A DNA stretch of 64,000 nucleotides. Origin: an uncultured bacterium. Its GTDB lineage: Bacteria > Fidelibacterota > Marinisomatia > SCGC-AAA003-L08 > JACNLC01. The position numbers were made by a program, and so were the translations under genes. A model generated the notes under the pieces. That model was not told the DNA's origin and searched no databases. It saw only the letters and a list, made by a program, of their open reading frames with translations. Positions 59,414 through 64,000 of the stretch are shown here, in pieces. Location of the stretch: the NCBI GenBank assembly GCA_964409335.1, contig CAYPCW010000002.1, positions 26,637-90,636 on the forward strand. The letters are read 5' to 3'. The stretch's first letter is position 1, and each line of letters opens with the position of its first letter.

Positions 59414-59681
59414 AGATAAAGGATAAAGGTTGAATCACCCGATGTACTTTACGGTAAATTCTATTCCGGCGGTAACCATATTGGCGGAAAAAACCTGAAG
59501 GTTTTTCGGTTTTCGGCATCACACTGATAAAGAAATTGCGTCATTAACATAGTAAATATCTCCGAAAACAGATGCGTTGAACCGTTATTTTTTCCGCAGA
59601 TTAGATGTCAATCCGATGATCTTCATACCCAAAAGCAGATCAGGACATCCTAAATTTTCGATAATAATTACAGGAGATTTT

Positions 59682-60380
59682 ATGGAACATATACTCAGAA
59701 TTTTCACAATTTGGTTTACACCTGTAAAATCCTTTGAGGCTTTTCCACGTGGCATAACACCGGCACAATGGTTGATCCCTTTAATAATCATACTGGCATT
59801 TTTAGGGGTTACAACATACATATCTGCTCCTTATGTACAAGATATGCAGATGGAGATGATACAGATGAACCCCAACTTCCCGGATGATCAACGCGCCGAA
59901 ATGATGGATCGGCTGAGTACGGATTCATTGGGCGCTATCACCTTTGCAACGGCGCTGGGTGGCGCACTGATATGGTATCTGTTGCAAACCGGGATCATCT
60001 TTGGTATCGGCACTCTGACACTGGGGATCAGCAGCACCTTTAAATCATTTTGGACTCTGATCGTGTTGATCAATACAACGAATATTATTGAGTTGGCGGT
60101 AAAAGTCCCTCTCATTATTTCCACAGGTAATTTGATGATTGAATCGGGACTTTCGATGCTGTTACCGAATTACCTCACCGAAACCTTTATCTATAATTTT
60201 CTTTTTCAGTTTGATTTTTTCTCTATCTGGAGAGTCATTCTGATCGGTCTTGGGCTGACGATCATCCATGGGACAGACCGTACGAAAACCTTTAGCATCC
60301 TTTTTGGGGCATGGATTGTCTACGCCCTGATTTCGACGCAGTTAATGAGCCAATATGGATTATTCATGACGAGGGGCTAA
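59682..60380 (+). CDS. Yip1-domain family integral membrane protein
   Basis: Start trimmed to MEHILRIFTIWFTPVKSF, with AGGAG 11 nt upstream. It has five hydrophobic segments. The N-terminal P-x-x-F motif region and overall layout resemble bacterial Yip1/DUF1282 proteins. Confidence 0.55.
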   Translation: MEHILRIFTIWFTPVKSFEAFPRGITPAQWLIPLIIILAFLGVTTYISAPYVQDMQMEMIQMNPNFPDDQRAEMMDRLSTDSLGAITFATALGGALIWYLLQTGIIFGIGTLTLGISSTFKSFWTLIVLINTTNIIELAVKVPLIISTGNLMIESGLSMLLPNYLTETFIYNFLFQFDFFSIWRVILIGLGLTIIHGTDRTKTFSILFGAWIVYALISTQLMSQYGLFMTRG

Positions 60381-61633
60381 TGAAAAATGTAATTCTCCTG
60401 ACATTCCTGTTCGCAGTACCGTTATTTTCCGGTGCAGGCGAAACGCAGCTCCAGGAATTCATCAATATCGCATTGAAAAACAACCATGATGTCAATATCG
60501 CCAGCCTTCAGTTAAAGGGGGCACGATCACAGCAAAAGGGGTCCTATTCCGGATTTCTTCCAACCGTAAACCTATCCGTTGATAAAGGACTGAGTCAATC
60601 GACCATACCGGATTTATATTCATCGAGGGTATCTGTCAGTGAGACGATTTTTGACGGCGCCCGATCCTGGTATGCTAACCGGAATATTGAAAATCAGATT
60701 AATGTATCTGCGATCAATCTGCAGTCAAAGGAGGAGCAGGTCATATATGCGGTGAAATTTGCATTTTATTCCTACCTTAAATCCAGAGAACTGACTGATG
60801 TGGCAAAACTTGCCTTGGAACTAGCGATCTCCCAACTCGAACTGGTTCAACAGCAATTTGACCTTTATGCGGTCAGTGAAACCGATTTGCTGAAGGCGAA
60901 GGTTCATAAAGGACAAGCAGAGGCGCAGATTATTCAATCCTTGCAAGGGGAACGGATAGCTATGAATTCACTAAATATTGCCATTGGCGCCACACCAGGC
61001 AATCCCCTGGCTATTAAAAGCATGAATGTCCAACTTCAGTCAATTCCATCCTTTGATGAAGCAAAATCTGCGTTATTTTCCCGAAATGCCCAGCTCCAGA
61101 TTGCCCGTTATCAGGAAGAAGGATCAAAAATTGCGCTGAAAACGCAAACGGGTATATTTTATCCCACCGTTTCAATTTCATCATCCTATTCCACAGAAAA
61201 AACTGATTTCGGTGATCTTTTCGATGGATATATATCCGCCGGTCCCACTACGGGACTCAATATTTCTTTCCCTATTTTCACCGGACTCTCCCGGGTAAGC
61301 CGGTACCATAACTTAAAATACGCCATGTTGGCATCCAGCGTGATTGTGGATCAAACAGAAGACAACCTCTTATCCGACCTGGATAATGTTATCACTCAGA
61401 TTGATACGTATCATCAACTCATCCCCATTAATGAGGAGATTATTTTATCCGCAGAAATGGATTTCAGACTGGCGGAAGAAAAATACGATCTGGGCGCTAG
61501 TGATATATTGGAGTTGTTAAACGCACAGGTATCTCTCATTCAGGCGAAAAGCGACCTGGTCCGGCTCAAGTATGATGCAAAGGTATCAGAATCAAAACTT
61601 GAAGTATTGATGGGAACTGTTACCCCCTATTAA
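60380..61633 (+). CDS. TolC-family outer-membrane efflux protein
   Basis: Start at the TAATG overlap (MKNVILLTFLFAVPLFSG). The structure is a two-fold repeat with coiled-coil-rich segments, beginning LQEFINIALKNNHDV, as in TolC/OprM-type factors. Confidence 0.85.
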   Translation: MKNVILLTFLFAVPLFSGAGETQLQEFINIALKNNHDVNIASLQLKGARSQQKGSYSGFLPTVNLSVDKGLSQSTIPDLYSSRVSVSETIFDGARSWYANRNIENQINVSAINLQSKEEQVIYAVKFAFYSYLKSRELTDVAKLALELAISQLELVQQQFDLYAVSETDLLKAKVHKGQAEAQIIQSLQGERIAMNSLNIAIGATPGNPLAIKSMNVQLQSIPSFDEAKSALFSRNAQLQIARYQEEGSKIALKTQTGIFYPTVSISSSYSTEKTDFGDLFDGYISAGPTTGLNISFPIFTGLSRVSRYHNLKYAMLASSVIVDQTEDNLLSDLDNVITQIDTYHQLIPINEEIILSAEMDFRLAEEKYDLGASDILELLNAQVSLIQAKSDLVRLKYDAKVSESKLEVLMGTVTPY

Positions 61634-61652
61634 CACCATTTACGAGGATTCT

Positions 61653-62939
61653 ATGAAGAAGATTATCATTATTGGAATAATTCTCATTATCGTTGCGCTG
61701 ATCATATGGAAAAATATGACCAAAGATCACGACATAGTGATTGAGGTCCAAATGGAAAAGATACAGCGGACAGATATTGAACAGGTCGTATCTGCAACAG
61801 GGAATATCGTTCCTGTCTCAGAAGTAAAACTGTCTGCAAACATCAGCGCTGAAATAAAAAGTATCCTGGTCATGGAAGGAGACGCCGTCAAAACCGGACA
61901 AACACTGGTTATTCTGGACAGCCTGAAATACAGTGCTTCTGTCGAACAGTCAAAATCAGCGCTACGGGCAGCACAAGCCAGTTATCGTAAGGTAAAAGCG
62001 GAATATGAGCGGGCAAAGCAGCTATTCCAAAACAGGCTGATCAGCAGTCAAGAGTTGGAAGCCCTCGATGCATCCTATCAATTAAGTGAATCCAATGTTG
62101 AACAGGCTCAGGCACGTTTGGATCAAACGACGGATGATCTGCATAAAACAATCCTGCTGGCACCCATTGACGGAACCGTCACGTCCATTAAAAAGGAAGT
62201 AGGAGAGATGGCTCTGGGATCGGTATTCCAGGCGGATGTACTCATGACTATTTCTGATCTGTCTGCGATGGAACTGATTATTGATGTGGATGAGACCGAT
62301 GTAATCGATATTGCTCTTGGGAACCCGGTTAAAATCGATGTGGATGCGATTAATGATTTGACCATAGCAGGAACGGTGAGCCAGATTGCAAATGCCGCAA
62401 AGACAACATCGGGTATCAGTTCTCAGGATGAAATAGTCAATTACGAAGTCAGAATCATGGTGGATATGTCCACCATGGATCCGAGAATCCTCCCGGGTAT
62501 GTCTGCTACTGCAAATATTACGACCGCTACCCGGGAAAACGCGCTGGCCTTGCCGATCCAATCTCTGACTGCCCGGCCTAAAAAGGAAAAGAGCGACGCT
62601 GATAAATCAGGCCAGGAGGAAACCAGATTTTCCGAAATATCCCTCTATAAAAAAGTAAAAGAAGAAATGGAAGATGTCGTATTCGTTGCGGTCTCCGAAG
62701 ACAGCAGTAAATCATCAGGTTTCAGTTTTAGGAAGAAAAATCCCATATTTATTGCTGAAAAACGACCGGTTGAAATTGGTATTTCATCTTCTTTATTCTA
62801 TGAAATTATTTCAGGTGTCGGGGATGGTGAGATGATCATCACCGGAAACTATAAAGCAATCAGTAAAGATTTGGATGACGGCAGTAAAGTGAGAAAGAAA
62901 AAAACTGCAAACCCTCAAAATTTCAAGGGTAAAAAGTAA
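61653..62939 (+). CDS. efflux periplasmic adaptor (HlyD/MacA family)
   Basis: 428 aa with an N-terminal TM anchor, a lipoyl-like segment (GQTLVILD), a long coiled-coil hairpin and a beta-barrel region (LAPIDGTVTSI). Confidence 0.85.
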   Translation: MKKIIIIGIILIIVALIIWKNMTKDHDIVIEVQMEKIQRTDIEQVVSATGNIVPVSEVKLSANISAEIKSILVMEGDAVKTGQTLVILDSLKYSASVEQSKSALRAAQASYRKVKAEYERAKQLFQNRLISSQELEALDASYQLSESNVEQAQARLDQTTDDLHKTILLAPIDGTVTSIKKEVGEMALGSVFQADVLMTISDLSAMELIIDVDETDVIDIALGNPVKIDVDAINDLTIAGTVSQIANAAKTTSGISSQDEIVNYEVRIMVDMSTMDPRILPGMSATANITTATRENALALPIQSLTARPKKEKSDADKSGQEETRFSEISLYKKVKEEMEDVVFVAVSEDSSKSSGFSFRKKNPIFIAEKRPVEIGISSSLFYEIISGVGDGEMIITGNYKAISKDLDDGSKVRKKKTANPQNFKGKK

Positions 62940-63674
62940 ATGACTGAAAAACCCGAACTGATCCATTTCGACCATATTTCCAGAATTTACCAAATGGGGA
63001 CAGAAACGATTCGCGCATTGGATGATGTTACCCTGACCATTCGTAATAACGATTATATATCCATTATGGGACCTTCCGGATCCGGTAAATCGACCCTGAT
63101 GAATATAATCGGATGCCTCGACACACCGACGACCGGTGTGTACAGGTTTGAAAAAGAAATCGTCTGTGATATGAATTCTGAAAAAACGATTAAAATGAAT
63201 GACAATCAATTGGCTGGTATCCGGAATAAAAAGATCGGATTCGTATTTCAAACCTTCAATCTGCTTCCCAGGGCATCTGCATTTCAAAATGTAGAATTGC
63301 CGTTGATCTATGCGGGCATTTCCCGGGGGCAACGTCGTGAGATGGCGATGAAGGCGCTTGAAAACGTGAGTCTGTTGGATCGGGCATCCCACAAACCCAG
63401 CGAATTATCCGGTGGACAGCGTCAACGGGTTGCGATCGCCAGGGCGCTGGTGAATTCGCCATCCATCATTTTGGCTGATGAGCCTACGGGCAATCTGGAT
63501 TCGGAAACTTCCCGGGATATCATGACATTTTTCGATGAACTCCATCGCCGGAATAACACCGTGATATTGGTCACCCATGAACCGGATATTGCCGCTCATG
63601 CTCACCGGATGATCCACATTCTGGACGGTAAAATTGATAGTGATGTGGTCAATCACAAAATGGTGAAAAATTAA
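62940..63674 (+). CDS. MacB/LolD-type ABC transporter ATP-binding protein
   Basis: Walker [11 protein letters not shown]-loop FVFQTFNLL, signature [15 protein letters not shown] and Walker [18 protein letters not shown] junction with the adaptor gene. Confidence 0.92.
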   Translation: MTEKPELIHFDHISRIYQMGTETIRALDDVTLTIRNNDYISIMGPSGSGKSTLMNIIGCLDTPTTGVYRFEKEIVCDMNSEKTIKMNDNQLAGIRNKKIGFVFQTFNLLPRASAFQNVELPLIYAGISRGQRREMAMKALENVSLLDRASHKPSELSGGQRQRVAIARALVNSPSIILADEPTGNLDSETSRDIMTFFDELHRRNNTVILVTHEPDIAAHAHRMIHILDGKIDSDVVNHKMVKN

Positions 63675-63677
63675 GGC

Positions 63678-64000
63678 ATGCTGGAAATTCTGAAAATGGC
63701 GATCTCTGCACTGACCGCTCATAAAATGAGGGCGGTTTTGACCACTCTGGGTATCACAATCGGCGTTTTCACGGTTGGCGCCATAACGGCAATTATCGAG
63801 GGATTGAATTCTTCATTTGAAAGCCAGGTATCCATGATGGGTTCCGATGTGTTTTATATCAGCCGCGCCAGTTGGTTCGGCGGGTATGATGAGTGGATTA
63901 ACGCCAGAAAACGAAAACCCATAGATGCGGGCCTGGCTGAATACATCAGCGAGCATGCAACCTATGTAACAGCCAGTTCTCCAATGGTTAGTATGCACAC
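63678..64000 (+). CDS. MacB/FtsX-type ABC permease, N-terminal ~107 aa (runs off right edge)
   Basis: Absent from the ORF track because there is no stop codon in the window. Manual translation from the ATG at 63678 gives MLEILKMAISALTAHKMRAVLTTLGITIGVFTV..., the typical MacB_PCD/FtsX N-terminus. Confidence 0.8.
   Translation, partial: MLEILKMAISALTAHKMRAVLTTLGITIGVFTVGAITAIIEGLNSSFESQVSMMGSDVFYISRASWFGGYDEWINARKRKPIDAGLAEYISEHATYVTASSPMVSMH

Noticed and set aside
59488-59506. Possible terminator AAAACCT-GA-AGGTTTT after the ABC-2 permease gene
   Set aside because: The loop is too tight at 2 nt, the stem is AT-rich and the T-run is interrupted. This is not convincing.

Overview
The window is a 64 kb chromosomal segment with about 47 protein-coding genes on both strands. 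I found no rRNA, tRNA, CRISPR array, transposase or integrase. All calls come from reading motifs in the supplied translations and the DNA; I ran no searches.

**Likely source.** Type IX secretion (T9SS) C-terminal sorting domains, a PorV/PorQ-like porin and a CarboxypepD_reg-type TonB receptor point to an uncultured member of the Fibrobacterota-Chlorobiota-Bacteroidota (FCB) group. This is an inference.

**Housekeeping genes.**
- dapF (partial), an M16 peptidase pair, ruvB, queA and ispF.
- sfsA, pcm, radC, secA, pabB-pabC and ligA.

**Accessory loci worth a second look.**
1. A giant surface protein of about 1680 aa (51872-56911) combines CarboxypepD_reg repeats and a duplicated FN3 plus six-cysteine module. 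It also carries a cohesin-like domain, a dockerin and a T9SS tail. A CotH-LTD-dockerin protein (7092-9374) is a candidate docking partner.
2. A three-gene outer-membrane locus (38965-46721) encodes a TonB-dependent receptor, an 1180-aa T9SS protein and a PorV/PorQ-like porin. It has no SusD, and the T9SS protein has a Notch/LNR-like cysteine module.
3. A sigma-54 regulatory locus (22984-29312) holds an enhancer-binding protein and a histidine-kinase-like protein that keeps the H-box but lacks the ATP-binding boxes.
   - Dyad upstream sites and -24/-12-like promoters sit ahead of a lipoprotein and a TPR gene.
   - A PAS-HK-REC hybrid kinase lies further downstream.
4. A tightly packed trio (29354-32937) encodes a class III aminotransferase, an orphan kinase-fold protein and a secernin-like Ntn peptidase.

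**Gene starts.** Several ORF-track starts were trimmed using ribosome-binding sites, signal peptides or terminators.
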